Below are positions 1 through 10,410 of a stretch of DNA of 64,000 nt, piece after piece; position 1 is the first letter of the stretch, and each line of letters opens with the position of its first letter. A model generated the notes under the pieces. The model was not told the origin of the DNA. It saw only the letters and a program-made list of their open reading frames with translations, and did no database searches. Position numbers and translations under genes: made by a program. The stretch comes from Candidatus Woesearchaeota archaeon (GTDB lineage: Archaea > Nanobdellota > Nanobdellia > Woesearchaeales > GW2011-AR4): the NCBI GenBank assembly GCA_018303655.1, contig JAGVXT010000012.1, positions 17,996-81,995 of the forward strand. Direction: 5' to 3'.

Positions 1-126
1 ATATGACGAAAGTGCAATGCATCTTAATAGATATAGGGGGATATCAAGCGAAGTTGCTCCTTCAGTCGAAGCATTTCAGCTTGCTGGATTTAGGAATTTT
101 TTTAACATGTTTGCAAGAAGATAAAA

Positions 127-924
127 ATGGACTTATCACTTGTTATACCGGTTCATAGCGACGTAAGAATTGAAAGATGCGTCCAAAGCATCGACCAAGC
201 AGTTGAAGTTGTGGTTGTTATGAATAATCCCACGAAAGAAGTATCAGATATAGTTGCTAGATTAGGCATTAGGTCAGTTGTAATCCCGCAGCAAAATCTT
301 GGCATATGCTACAATCAGGGAATGGACGCTTCTAATAATGAACTGGTTTTATTTATGGATAGCGATTGCGTTTTTGCTGCTGGAACGATTGAAAAGATGT
401 ATGTTGCAAAGGAAAAAAATCCACAAGCCTTGGTAAGAGGTAATGTGGCCTTCCAAGAAAACTCATTTCAGTCTAGGATAACTAAATCAGCGAGAGAAGT
501 GACTACTTCAAACGTGCCTTATGCGTTTATTCCGCCTCTCTTGCTTGACAAGGACGTTTTTGGAAGAATTGGTGATAGATACAGGTTTGCCGAGGATGTT
601 GGATGGTGTGTAGACTTTGAATTTGAGATAAGACGCAGAAAAGCAGGAATAGGGCTTGTTCATTTGGCGGATGCGCCAATATATCATGACCCTATTACAA
701 TTATGGATGATTTTAGGAGTGCTTTCAAGTATGGAACAGGAAAGAGGATAAGGCATGAGAGAACAGGGGAGCAAGTTAATTTCTTAGATGTGCTGAAGGA
801 CCCCATAATCAAAGGTTACAGAGAAAGAGGCTTGTCAACTGCACTTTACCTTAGTTTATGGAAAGCTGTGCTATATTCAGGCTATTACGCCCAGGCACTA
901 AGATTGTACAAAGCAAATAGGTGA
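127..924 (+). CDS. family-2-like glycosyltransferase
   Basis: 265-aa ORF. The N-terminal LVIPVH segment and the FMDSDCVF (DxD-like) motif are typical of GT-A fold GT2 enzymes. Confidence 0.65.
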   Translation: MDLSLVIPVHSDVRIERCVQSIDQAVEVVVVMNNPTKEVSDIVARLGIRSVVIPQQNLGICYNQGMDASNNELVLFMDSDCVFAAGTIEKMYVAKEKNPQALVRGNVAFQENSFQSRITKSAREVTTSNVPYAFIPPLLLDKDVFGRIGDRYRFAEDVGWCVDFEFEIRRRKAGIGLVHLADAPIYHDPITIMDDFRSAFKYGTGKRIRHERTGEQVNFLDVLKDPIIKGYRERGLSTALYLSLWKAVLYSGYYAQALRLYKANR

Positions 925-930
925 TGTAAT

Positions 931-2193
931 ATGGAGCCACAGACGGTAGATGATTTAAGAAATTTAACGTTAAGGGATACAGCAGTATCTGTTAAGACTG
1001 GCAATCCCGCAATTGACTCGAAAGTAATTGAAAATATAAGGAAAAGGGGAAGAGTTCCTTTTATATTATCATTTGATTCAAGCTACAATGGAACAAGCGG
1101 TGATATTTTCAATGATGGAGGTTCATACTACCAATTCTTTTCAATCGACGATGTATTAAATCGAATAGCAGAAAATACTAATTCGACATTATTTGATGCT
1201 AGAAATACATTTGGTTACTTTCTTTTTATGTATTCAGTCGCTGTTGCCAGAGCTGAGTCAATGGCATCATCGGCAGTTGTTATTCCTCAAAGTGTTATTC
1301 CTGTCAGGCCCAGAGATCCCGACCAATTGCATCAACTACTTCAGAAATTAACCGATGAAGGCACTTCTAGAGATACAAACATCACATTAGACCTTCTATT
1401 AGCAGACGATACGAAGCAAGGACACGAAGAAAGAGATATTGCTAAAAATAATGTAGCTGTGTTGATATCGGGCGGTACAGACAGCATCGGAGTTGCTTAC
1501 ATAGAACGAGGCTTAGGTAAAGCAATATCCCCCGTTCAAATTCTTTATGGACAGGCTGCAAGGCATCAAGAATCTTGGTGCGTCGAAAGAATTGCTGAGG
1601 ATTTAGGGCTTGGTTTAGACATGCTCTGCAGAGTCGATATGCCAGTTCTAAAAAGATTTGGTGCATCTGGGTTGCTAAGAGATGATGTGAAAATTACTGA
1701 AAAAAATAAAAAAATAGAATATGTTCCATTTAGGAACACTGTATTTATCTCTCTTGGAATGATACACGCTGAATTAACAGGCACGCCATACATTGCAATT
1801 GGTGCTAACCATGACGATACATTAGCTCCTGACGGAACTCCGTCTTATGTTGAAGCTATCAATGCCGTTATTGAATCGGCGGGTTGGCCTATACGCATTA
1901 TTGCACCACTGCTGGGATTTGGTGGCAAGCCGGAGATAATTAGAACAGGAAAAGAATTAGGTGTTAATTTTTCCCATACATGGTCATGCCACAGTTATAT
2001 TCCCCCAGAAGAAGTTGGATCAAAAGCAAGAGCATGTGGAACTTGTGGCAATTGCTCAACAAGGTACTCTGCTTTTTTGAAACTTGGATTTGAAGATCCT
2101 ATTGGGTATAAAAAAGTTCCGAAAATAAGAACAAACTGGGCAGGACCTCAGCACAATTATGAAGCGTTAAGGAGGACATTAAATATTAAGTAA
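931..2193 (+). CDS. QueC/ExsB-like PP-loop ATPase with an unknown ~170-aa N-terminal domain
   Basis: 420-aa ORF. The C-terminal ~245 aa carry SGGTDS (PP-loop), YGQ..RH, YVPFRNT and the CGTCGNCSTR zinc motif, as in 7-cyano-7-deazaguanine synthase. I do not recognise the N-terminal domain. Confidence 0.7.
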   Translation: MEPQTVDDLRNLTLRDTAVSVKTGNPAIDSKVIENIRKRGRVPFILSFDSSYNGTSGDIFNDGGSYYQFFSIDDVLNRIAENTNSTLFDARNTFGYFLFMYSVAVARAESMASSAVVIPQSVIPVRPRDPDQLHQLLQKLTDEGTSRDTNITLDLLLADDTKQGHEERDIAKNNVAVLISGGTDSIGVAYIERGLGKAISPVQILYGQAARHQESWCVERIAEDLGLGLDMLCRVDMPVLKRFGASGLLRDDVKITEKNKKIEYVPFRNTVFISLGMIHAELTGTPYIAIGANHDDTLAPDGTPSYVEAINAVIESAGWPIRIIAPLLGFGGKPEIIRTGKELGVNFSHTWSCHSYIPPEEVGSKARACGTCGNCSTRYSAFLKLGFEDPIGYKKVPKIRTNWAGPQHNYEALRRTLNIK

Positions 2194-2195
2194 GC

Positions 2196-2975
2196 TCATT
2201 GCTTCTGTAAAACTAGAATATACCTGCATGAATTAGTCTTGATCCCATATTTAGTGTTATGTTTTTTTGATATGTCTCTGACAAATTTACAATCTTTGTG
2301 GATATTGAACCGAGGTATTATTGGCGTATTTTCAAGTAAGAAGATTAAATCATTGTACTTATAATACTCTGTAGCGCAGTAATGGCTTTTTCTCACTATC
2401 TTGAATCCGAGTTTTCTTGCTTCAGCAGAATACTTATTTATCAAACTACCCTCCCTCTTTTTGTAAGACTGTCCCCGGCCAAAAATACCCTTTATGTTCT
2501 GCTTATCCCGTTCACCAACCTGTTGGGTGATAAATATGCCTTTTTTCTTCAAAACTCTGTAAATTTCCCTTAAATTAAATGGTGAATGCCTGCAGCTTAC
2601 TGTGTCAAATTCTTCGTCTTTGAAAGGCAGCTTATTAGAGTCTGCAAGCTTAAATTCTACATTGCTGATTTTGGCATTAATAAGATTTTCATTTGCTTTA
2701 TTAATCATAGATTTAGAATTGTCAATGCCTATGACTTTATTGCATATTATTGGGAGTTTGAAAAGTTTCTCACCACTCCCCGCCCCTATATCTAGTAATT
2801 TTCCGTTTTTTTTAAGAAATTTGGCAACTTCTTGGTAAAAATCCCATTTTTTGTTTTTAACAATTATCCTGCTATTTAAAACAGAAAAATCCCAGCCAAT
2901 TCTCTTGCCCACAGACTCATAGAACTGTTTCTGTTTAACCATTAGATAATGATAGAATATGTGATATTTAAGCAT
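2196..2975 (-). CDS. class I SAM-dependent methyltransferase
   Basis: Motif I is LLDIGAGSGEK. The start is probably the internal Met at 2942 (MVKQKQ), which leaves a divergent promoter gap. Confidence 0.7.
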   Translation of the reverse strand: MLKYHIFYHYLMVKQKQFYESVGKRIGWDFSVLNSRIIVKNKKWDFYQEVAKFLKKNGKLLDIGAGSGEKLFKLPIICNKVIGIDNSKSMINKANENLINAKISNVEFKLADSNKLPFKDEEFDTVSCRHSPFNLREIYRVLKKKGIFITQQVGERDKQNIKGIFGRGQSYKKREGSLINKYSAEARKLGFKIVRKSHYCATEYYKYNDLIFLLENTPIIPRFNIHKDCKFVRDISKKHNTKYGIKTNSCRYILVLQKQ

Positions 2976-3023
2976 TTAGTATTTCAGAAATATTTTTATT
3001 GCTTCCTTAATTACCAATTGGCA

Positions 3024-3824
3024 ATGGTGTATGAAAAAGAAGTTCAAAGATTTTATGACAGGGTGGCGTCAGGCTATAGCGCTACGCATGCTGGAAGATT
3101 TTCTGATGAGATTATGGAATATTTTTTGCTTAGAACTCTTCCAGCAGGAAGACTGAGAATACTTGACGCAGGCTGTGGGGTGGGTAGATTTGCAATGCCT
3201 TTGGCACGCATGGGTCACGAAGTTACTGGAAGTGACTTGTCAGCAAAGATGCTTAGGCAATTAGAAAAAAATGCGTCACGAGAGGGAATTGAAATTAAGC
3301 TTGTTCAAGGGTCATTGACTGATATGCCTCAGGTTGAAAGCGATTATTATGATGTTGCAATTGCCTTAAACCAAGTCTTGGATATTGTTGCAGATTATAA
3401 CCTGGCTTTAGCCGAAATAGCAAGGGTAACTAAAACAGGAGGTTTGCTAGTCGGTTCAGTAAATAACAGATTTGCATATGCAGTTATTGAAGATTTGCAA
3501 AAAGGTTATTTTAGAAAGTTCAGAAATGCAATGGAAACTGGCGATAGATATGTTAATTGGACCGGTAAAGGCAAAGGTCATGTCAGTCACGAATTTACTC
3601 TTGAGGAATTGACAGCAGCACTTGTGTCCAACAGTTTCTCGGTCATTCAGATTTTAGGTATATTTAACCTGTTTAATAAATACCAATTGCCAAAATGGAT
3701 TAAAGATCCAAAAAAAAGAGAAGCGCTGAAGCAACTCCAAATCGAGTTTGCACAAAAACCAGAATTTATAAATAACTCGCAAGAGTATTTTTTTGTCGCC
3801 CAAAATCATAAAAATTCAGATTGA
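3024..3824 (+). CDS. class I SAM-dependent methyltransferase
   Basis: Motif I is ILDAGCGVGRF. The ORF-track start at 2949 overlaps the divergent gene, so I prefer the in-frame ATG at 3024 (MVYEKEV). Confidence 0.7.
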   Translation: MVYEKEVQRFYDRVASGYSATHAGRFSDEIMEYFLLRTLPAGRLRILDAGCGVGRFAMPLARMGHEVTGSDLSAKMLRQLEKNASREGIEIKLVQGSLTDMPQVESDYYDVAIALNQVLDIVADYNLALAEIARVTKTGGLLVGSVNNRFAYAVIEDLQKGYFRKFRNAMETGDRYVNWTGKGKGHVSHEFTLEELTAALVSNSFSVIQILGIFNLFNKYQLPKWIKDPKKREALKQLQIEFAQKPEFINNSQEYFFVAQNHKNSD

Positions 3825-4099
3825 AAACAAACTATTCTAACAAAGGATAGCCCATTTCATCATTTTTGATGTAATTGCTGAGAAACATCTCTAAGAAGCT
3901 GATGGTGAAGGTTTAAATATCTTTCTCATTTTCTTTAAACAATGCCAAAACTTCCATTCAAATTCTGGCTTCTCAGCAACGTCGAAAATTTTTAAATTTT
4001 CGGAGTTTCTGAAATCTAAAGGATTTCAGCAACATTTATAAAGCAAGATTATTTCTCCGACGTAATCTCAAAAAATTAGTATTTTGGAGAAATGGCAAA

Positions 4100-4873
4100 A
4101 TGAGCGTTGCAATTGACTTAAAAGGAAAAAAGGCAATAGTGTTTGGGATTGCGAATGACAAGAGCATTGCATGGCACATTGCTAAAAGGCTGAATGAGGC
4201 AGGATGCAGGATTGCAGCAGGCTACCAGGAAAGGATTGAGCCATTGTTCATGCCGCTGATGAAGGAGCTGCACAACCCAGTTTATGAAAAATGCGATGTT
4301 GTAGATGACGCTTCAATGGATGCTTTCTTTAAAAAAGTGCAGGAAGAGTTTGGCAAAGTTGATTTTTTGGTTCACAGCATAGCTTTTGCCAAAAGAGAGC
4401 ATCTCCAGGGCAAGTTCATGGATGTTGACAAAAGAGGCTACCAGGTTGCCCACGAAGTGAGCGCTTATTCATTGGTAGAATTAACAAGGCGGGCAGCGCC
4501 TATGCTTAAAAAAAACGGCTCAATAATCGCAATGACTTACCTTGGAAGCGAAAAAGCAGTTCCGGGCTACAATATAATGGGCGTTGCAAAAGCAGCCCTT
4601 GAATCATGCGTAAGGTACCTTGCAGTTGACTTGGGAGAGAAGCAGATAAGGGTCAATGCAATCTCTGCAGGCCCGATAGCAACGCTTGCTGCATCAGGAA
4701 TCGCAAACTTTGCCGATATGCTTCTAAACTATGTTGCGAAAGCGCCATTGAAGAGAAACATTACAGCTGATGAGGTTGCAGACTGCGCATTATTCCTTTG
4801 CAGCGACCTGTCAAAGGCAATTACAGGGCAGGTTATTTACGTTGATGCTGGATACAGCGCGATGGGTATATAA
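4100..4873 (+). CDS. fabI: enoyl-[acyl-carrier-protein] reductase (NADH), FabI type
   Basis: 257 aa, collinear with bacterial FabI: GIANDKSIAW, VHSIAFA, YLGSEKAVPGYNIMGVAKAALE, RVNAISAGPI.TLAASGI, FLCSDLS..ITGQVIYVDAGY. Confidence 0.85.
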   Translation: MSVAIDLKGKKAIVFGIANDKSIAWHIAKRLNEAGCRIAAGYQERIEPLFMPLMKELHNPVYEKCDVVDDASMDAFFKKVQEEFGKVDFLVHSIAFAKREHLQGKFMDVDKRGYQVAHEVSAYSLVELTRRAAPMLKKNGSIIAMTYLGSEKAVPGYNIMGVAKAALESCVRYLAVDLGEKQIRVNAISAGPIATLAASGIANFADMLLNYVAKAPLKRNITADEVADCALFLCSDLSKAITGQVIYVDAGYSAMGI

Positions 4874-4900
4874 ATATTAAAATTAGTTTTAGGATTCGCT

Positions 4901-5446
4901 ATGGGCAATGAAAGAATTTTAATTTTTCAGCCACATGATCTGGCAGGATACACTAATTCTCGAGAGGGTATCGAGGATTTTGTGGATAACGTGAGGCAAT
5001 GGCATCCCAACGATATTAAGGGGCAATTTCAATTATTCCCTTACGTGCTTCCAGACATAGGAAGAAAAGGCTGGAATTATGCAGGAATTGTTTACAGAAG
5101 AGAAATGAAAAACATTGATGAACATCCTTTAAATTTTATTCCAGGTCAACAAGTTGTTGAGAGCTTTCGCGATTTGGCATCAAGATTAGGCGCTGAAACT
5201 CGAGACTTGGAATTTTTTAAGGGCAGAATTGAAATACCAGGACCAACCCAAGAGCAATATTTAAGAACTATTGAAGCTGCTTACTCCCCTACACATGAGG
5301 AGTTTAAAGCTGCAGGATTAAGGAAGCCAAAACAGGTAACAAGATTTTTTTTGAATTTACATGATTCCCTAGTTGAACAAATTATTATGCCTTATCTTGA
5401 GTTGATGGGATTTAAAGGGGATATTAATGTTAAAAAAGTGGCCTGA
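4901..5446 (+). CDS. hypothetical protein
   Basis: 181-aa ORF in an operon-like array. No motif recognised. Confidence 0.5.
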   Translation: MGNERILIFQPHDLAGYTNSREGIEDFVDNVRQWHPNDIKGQFQLFPYVLPDIGRKGWNYAGIVYRREMKNIDEHPLNFIPGQQVVESFRDLASRLGAETRDLEFFKGRIEIPGPTQEQYLRTIEAAYSPTHEEFKAAGLRKPKQVTRFFLNLHDSLVEQIIMPYLELMGFKGDINVKKVA

Positions 5447-5474
5447 TTTGTAAAATGACCAAAACCGTGCCACT

Positions 5475-6098
5475 ATGATAACTGTACAACCTTATACCTA
5501 CGAAGATTTATTTAGGGATTTGCCGAACTTGGGCAACGGCATTCTTTTGGATTTGGGTTGCGGTAGCCAGCGGGGATTTACAAGAACCTATATCTCATAT
5601 TTATACAAGAGATTGGCTGCTGATACGAATCCTACAGCAATGGCAGAGGCTTCAAGACGCCCAGAAAATAATACAATTGCTGTAGATTTAGAACATAAAC
5701 TTCTGGAGGCATTACCGCTTGGAAAATCTGTCTGCTCTGATGCGAGATGTCTGCCTTTCAGCGATGCTTTTTTTGATATAGTTGCAATGGGATGGTTATT
5801 GGATCGCCTTAAAGGCAAGCAAGAAATTTATAAAGTAATGAGAGAGTCATCGCGCGTTTTGAAAGAAAGGGGATACTTAATCGGAGACGTGGCACTTCAC
5901 CCAATTAGGTCAGTTCACGAAAGACTTGGAGGAGCGGAACTTTCATTTGATTTGCCAAGCTATTACAGACAAATGGTGTTTTATCGCAATATACTTCCCA
6001 AATTTGGTTTTAACATATTAAGTAGTGGTATGGGTTTTAATTCTGAACAAATTGACGAGTATCATACTTTTTATTTTGTGGCACAAAAAGTAACTTAA
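5475..6098 (+). CDS. putative SAM-dependent methyltransferase
   Basis: Motif-I-like LLDLGCGSQRG and a later FDIVAMGW segment. Confidence 0.55.
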   Translation: MITVQPYTYEDLFRDLPNLGNGILLDLGCGSQRGFTRTYISYLYKRLAADTNPTAMAEASRRPENNTIAVDLEHKLLEALPLGKSVCSDARCLPFSDAFFDIVAMGWLLDRLKGKQEIYKVMRESSRVLKERGYLIGDVALHPIRSVHERLGGAELSFDLPSYYRQMVFYRNILPKFGFNILSSGMGFNSEQIDEYHTFYFVAQKVT

Positions 6099-6133
6099 AA
6101 ACCTTTATAAACACTTATTCTTACTCTTTTATT

Positions 6134-7237
6134 ATGAAGCAAAGCTACCAAGACAGAGAATCAAAAGCTGTTGATGCCATTAAAAAAAATATACCTTCTT
6201 CTTTGAAATCAGGCATGCTGCCCCAAAGCAAGGGCATGTTTGCCGAATTGTTTGAAAACAATGAAGCGTTTCCAAGGCATTACATTGCAACTGCAATTGA
6301 CAGCGTGGGCACAAAAATAATGATTGCAGAGGCTATGGAAAAATATGGCACAATTGGAATTGACTGCGTTGCAATGAGTGCAAACGACTTGGCAACTTTG
6401 GGCGCTGTAAATCCTTTTTTGTTCATGGACTGCATATCCTGCCAGCCTGAAATTCAGGAAAAGGCAATAACAGGCGACATAGTAAATGGGATGTCAAAAG
6501 GATTGGCGCAATGCGATGCGTCAAAAATACTGAGAAACTCGATAAGGGTAAATTTTGGCAAGGGCGAGACAGCCTCTGTTGACGAGCTTTTGAGCTCTCC
6601 AAAATCTGGTTACGGGTTTGAACTTGTCGGTTCAATGATTGGGTTTGTAGAGAAAAACAAGATAAAAAAGCAAAAAATAAAGCCCGGGCAAAAAATAATT
6701 GCATTAAAAAGCTCAGGGACTCATTCCAATGGGTATACTGATTTAAGGCATTGTTTATTGAAAGGAGATTTTGAAACAAGAACAGAATTCAAGAAAAAGT
6801 ATAAAGGCAGGTTTTCTCTGGACGACGGGTTTGACGGCTCGACAATTGGCAAAATTTTGCTTGCGCCAACCAAAATTTACATTGAAACAATGGCTAAAAT
6901 ATCAAAGAACTTTGATGTTGTTGGGTTTAACAATACCGGATATGGATTGAAGAATCTAAACAGGGCAAAAGAGAAAGTTGAATTCAGAATCAATGCTCCT
7001 TTAAAGCCGCAGCCAATCTTTGATTTGATGCAGAAGGAATCAAAGTTCAGCGATGAGAAGATGTACGGCACTTTTAATATGGGAATGGGTTTTTTTGTTG
7101 TATGTGGTAAAGATAATGTTGATGATATTTTAGATATTACAAAAAATGCTGATGTTGTTGGAGAAGTCAAGAAATCAAATAAAACAATGACCGTTCTGGA
7201 AAAAAATAATAAGAAGATTGCGTTTGAGGGGTATTGA
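6134..7237 (+). CDS. PurM-like (AIR synthase-related) protein
   Basis: 367 aa. AIDSVGTKIMIA, IGIDCVAMSANDL, GETA, SSGTHSNGYT, LLAPTKIY and TFNMGMGF align with PurM landmarks, but the protein is divergent. Confidence 0.7.
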   Translation: MKQSYQDRESKAVDAIKKNIPSSLKSGMLPQSKGMFAELFENNEAFPRHYIATAIDSVGTKIMIAEAMEKYGTIGIDCVAMSANDLATLGAVNPFLFMDCISCQPEIQEKAITGDIVNGMSKGLAQCDASKILRNSIRVNFGKGETASVDELLSSPKSGYGFELVGSMIGFVEKNKIKKQKIKPGQKIIALKSSGTHSNGYTDLRHCLLKGDFETRTEFKKKYKGRFSLDDGFDGSTIGKILLAPTKIYIETMAKISKNFDVVGFNNTGYGLKNLNRAKEKVEFRINAPLKPQPIFDLMQKESKFSDEKMYGTFNMGMGFFVVCGKDNVDDILDITKNADVVGEVKKSNKTMTVLEKNNKKIAFEGY

Positions 7238-7409
7238 TTATTTTAGCCACGGCATTCCGCAATTCTAGCATATTTTCCGTTATGGGTATATGGACGTTCT
7301 TCAAGCTCTATGTACAAAAACCACTGAAAATTTGATACAAAATAGTAAAAATTTGTCTTCTTTACCCTAAATAAGCCCGATTTTGCTCTTTTTTAGCGCG
7401 ATTAAACCT

Positions 7410-8528
7410 TTATATTGTCTGATTCACAGGCACTTTTTGATGCACCTGCATGTCATTCCAGTCGAAATACAGGTTTTCAGGCTTTGGCATTGAAGATTCA
7501 TTCAAATTCAAGCTGAAATAATAAGTTGTTGTCTGAATCTTCTCATAGCATTCCCTATGCTGCCATGCTGTGTTAGCGCTATCAACCCATTCCCTGATGG
7601 TATTTAGGTTTCCATCAACATACTCAACATACCATCTGCCATCTATTGCCTTTGCGCATGTTACAAAGGCTTTTTCTGTCCATATAAGATTTGGTGAGTT
7701 CTGGCTTAATGTCCCATATGCTAGGTTTCCTGTTATATTTGCGTTTCCTGACACATGCAATGTCCTTGTAGGACTCGCTGTTCCAATACCGACGTTGCCG
7801 GTGCTTGTTATCCTTACCTGTTCTGCTGGCGCGGCATTGTTGGTAAACAACCGTATATCATCAGCGCCATTGCCAATTACCATCTCATTCGATGCACCGA
7901 CATAAATAACGCGCAAGTTTGCTGTTCCTGCAGCATTCCTTACCCCAAACCCGCGATCATTGCCAGTAATGATGGAGGCGGCGCCAGTTGTACCATCAAC
8001 ATGCAAGAGTGTCTGTGGTCCCGTCGTCCCGATGCCGACGTTGCCAGATCCCCCTTGTATCCTCATATACTCAGTTCCTCCGAGCTTGAAAGTCATGTCA
8101 TTTACCCCGCCTGCCGAACTACCAAAAACTAAATTATTAGCGCCATCGACTTGAATAATATCAACACTTGTACCAGCACTATTTAGTGAGCGATAGTAAT
8201 TTTGCCAAGCGAGTCTTAAATTTCCATTAACATCTAACTTCTCTCCAGGACTCGTCATCCCGATGCCGACCAACCCGCTTGCGGAATTTACATATAATGT
8301 AGTTGTGTTGACTATTAAGCTATTTGAAACGTTTAAATCCCCATTTTCAACTGTGATGCCTGCTCCGCTGATGAATAAAGCAGCCATAAGGAATAGAGCT
8401 AACGCTATGGTAAGCTTTAAGATTGAGGTGAAATATTTATTCAATTTAGGTGTATTATTTACACCAAATTTTTCTATCTTATTTTTCGTATATATTCTAT
8501 TTATTTCTTTCATTTTATTCCACCTCAA
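7410..8528 (-). CDS. membrane-anchored or secreted fibre-repeat protein
   Basis: 372 aa with an N-terminal TM segment. The motifs VGIGMTSPGEKLDVNGN, GNVGIGTTGPQTLLHVDG and GNVGIGTASPTRTLHVSGN recur and resemble tail-fibre or adhesin repeats. Confidence 0.55.
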   Translation of the reverse strand: MRWNKMKEINRIYTKNKIEKFGVNNTPKLNKYFTSILKLTIALALFLMAALFISGAGITVENGDLNVSNSLIVNTTTLYVNSASGLVGIGMTSPGEKLDVNGNLRLAWQNYYRSLNSAGTSVDIIQVDGANNLVFGSSAGGVNDMTFKLGGTEYMRIQGGSGNVGIGTTGPQTLLHVDGTTGAASIITGNDRGFGVRNAAGTANLRVIYVGASNEMVIGNGADDIRLFTNNAAPAEQVRITSTGNVGIGTASPTRTLHVSGNANITGNLAYGTLSQNSPNLIWTEKAFVTCAKAIDGRWYVEYVDGNLNTIREWVDSANTAWQHRECYEKIQTTTYYFSLNLNESSMPKPENLYFDWNDMQVHQKVPVNQTI

Positions 8529-8616
8529 TTAAACATTTTGAACATATTGTGGGCTAAGGGGGTGGTTAATACACGGTAAAAGAGGTATAAAACCGTTCTT
8601 CAGCCAACAATTAGCA

Positions 8617-10410
8617 TTAAGGGTTACCATTTTGCGTTAAAGTTCCTTTTGCAAACAAATACCCAGTTTCATTGATATTAGTCTTGAACTCGCCATTCCA
8701 TTTAAGCCTGAATTCATTCCTGTCCATGTCAACATTTATTGTTCCTTGGTTTTCCTGCAAAGTTCCATCAATATACATACTTCCATTGTTTTCAATTATT
8801 AAAACATCATTCAAGTTATTTCTTATTTTGAATGCAAAATTATTTGTTGCAATGAAATTTGAGTTTTGCTCTAAAACACCTTTTAAGACAATGTTTCCAG
8901 CATCTCCAAACCAAGCAATATTGCTTCCGCTTGCATTTTTGATAAGGAATTTGTCTATATCATGATAAATTGAAAATGTTTCTGATGTGTCATTACCAGT
9001 ATTAATTCCGTCAGTAGCTAAAATCTTTATTTTGTACTGATTGCTTTCTACAAAATTGGTTGAATTTATTGTTAAGGTAGTGTTAGGGTAGTCTATTTCT
9101 AAAGTTGAGAATGTGTTGCCATTGTCGGAAGAGATTAAGACGGCATAATTAATAGTGTCATTATCTAAGTCGGAAGCGTTCCAAGTTAATGTAAATGATT
9201 TATCGAAGGTTTCACTGCCTGATGGGGAGGTTATGGTTATGGTTGGGATGTTTGCAGTGACGTTGATCTCTTGTTTTACCGTATTATTCTCCTTGTATAG
9301 TATTTTTGCTAAAGTTTCGTTGAAAGGTACAATAAAAACAAAATAAGAGCCATTCACTTCTTCTGCTGTACCCTTTTGGTCATAAACAATTGAATTATTA
9401 AACCTTAGGTTAAACAATGGATTGCTATTGTTATCAATTAAATTTATTTCATATTTGCTATTGTTTATACTTAAATTTTGAGTTGTTATAAAGCCTTCAT
9501 CAAGTATATAAGTGTTATCTATAGTTAAATTTGTTGCACCTGTAGATTGGGAACGCACAAATTTTCCACTAAACATGATTCTTTTTGGTACAAAAAATAG
9601 TGATTCAAAAAATGAGCTCTCAGTTTTATTTAAAAGAATCGAATAGGTCTCATTACTAACCCAAGAAGTAGCGTTATTATTATCACTCCCCATAAAATTA
9701 TGTAGTTTTGTATTATCCGGCTGTCCTGTTAAGGGTTCTATACTAAAAGCTTCACATCCGTCATTTGTGTTACAATCATCATCAAGTAAATCTGGAATTG
9801 GACCTTCAGCATTAGGACAAAATGTACCATCTCTATTGTTACGATCCCAAGCACTTCCATCGCCTTCATCACATAAGTCTGCTAAATCATGTGATATTTC
9901 ATGAGTGGCAGTGGTTCTTGTATTTGTTTGTGCTAAAACTGCATTTAAACCGCATGATAAGCCTGTTGAATTTTCATAGCCAATGTCAGCAAAAAAGCTT
10001 TGTGGGGCTATGCCAACAACATAATCCGCTAAAAACTGAAATCTTTTCAATCTTTGCATGATTTTACAAGCAGCTTCATTCCTCTTAATATCGTTATTTT
10101 GAAATTCATCAATTATTTCGGTGAATTCAAAAATCTTATCAGTATCAGTTTTATTAACTAATCCGTCATCACTAAGTGGATAGACTTTTTTCATAAAATC
10201 GGTATTATCCGTTGCCATTATGTGAAAATTTGCAATATCTCTGATTGGTAGATATTCTAACGTAAAGTCTACAGTTCTTTTCACAGTAATGTTTATACTC
10301 ATAGCATTATTAGAGGTATCAAAATCCGTTAAACTATAAGCATTTTGAACTATTATAAAAACTAAAAGTAAGCATACAACTTCAAATTTTATTATTTTAT
10401 GCAGTTTCAT
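8617..10410 (-). CDS. secreted protein with a HExxH zinc-metalloprotease-like motif
   Basis: 597 aa. It has a signal-like N-terminus, THEISHDLADLCDE followed by a Cys/Asp-rich stretch, and many N-x-S/T sequons. Confidence 0.55.
   Translation of the reverse strand: MKLHKIIKFEVVCLLLVFIIVQNAYSLTDFDTSNNAMSINITVKRTVDFTLEYLPIRDIANFHIMATDNTDFMKKVYPLSDDGLVNKTDTDKIFEFTEIIDEFQNNDIKRNEAACKIMQRLKRFQFLADYVVGIAPQSFFADIGYENSTGLSCGLNAVLAQTNTRTTATHEISHDLADLCDEGDGSAWDRNNRDGTFCPNAEGPIPDLLDDDCNTNDGCEAFSIEPLTGQPDNTKLHNFMGSDNNNATSWVSNETYSILLNKTESSFFESLFFVPKRIMFSGKFVRSQSTGATNLTIDNTYILDEGFITTQNLSINNSKYEINLIDNNSNPLFNLRFNNSIVYDQKGTAEEVNGSYFVFIVPFNETLAKILYKENNTVKQEINVTANIPTITITSPSGSETFDKSFTLTWNASDLDNDTINYAVLISSDNGNTFSTLEIDYPNTTLTINSTNFVESNQYKIKILATDGINTGNDTSETFSIYHDIDKFLIKNASGSNIAWFGDAGNIVLKGVLEQNSNFIATNNFAFKIRNNLNDVLIIENNGSMYIDGTLQENQGTINVDMDRNEFRLKWNGEFKTNINETGYLFAKGTLTQNGNP

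Noticed and set aside
3860-3935. A box C/D sRNA-like string (TTGATGT ... CTGA ... CTGATGG).
   Set aside because: The C box deviates from RUGAUGA. The C-to-D' spacing is only 5 nt, against an expected guide of about 12 nt. There is no terminal D box or closing stem.
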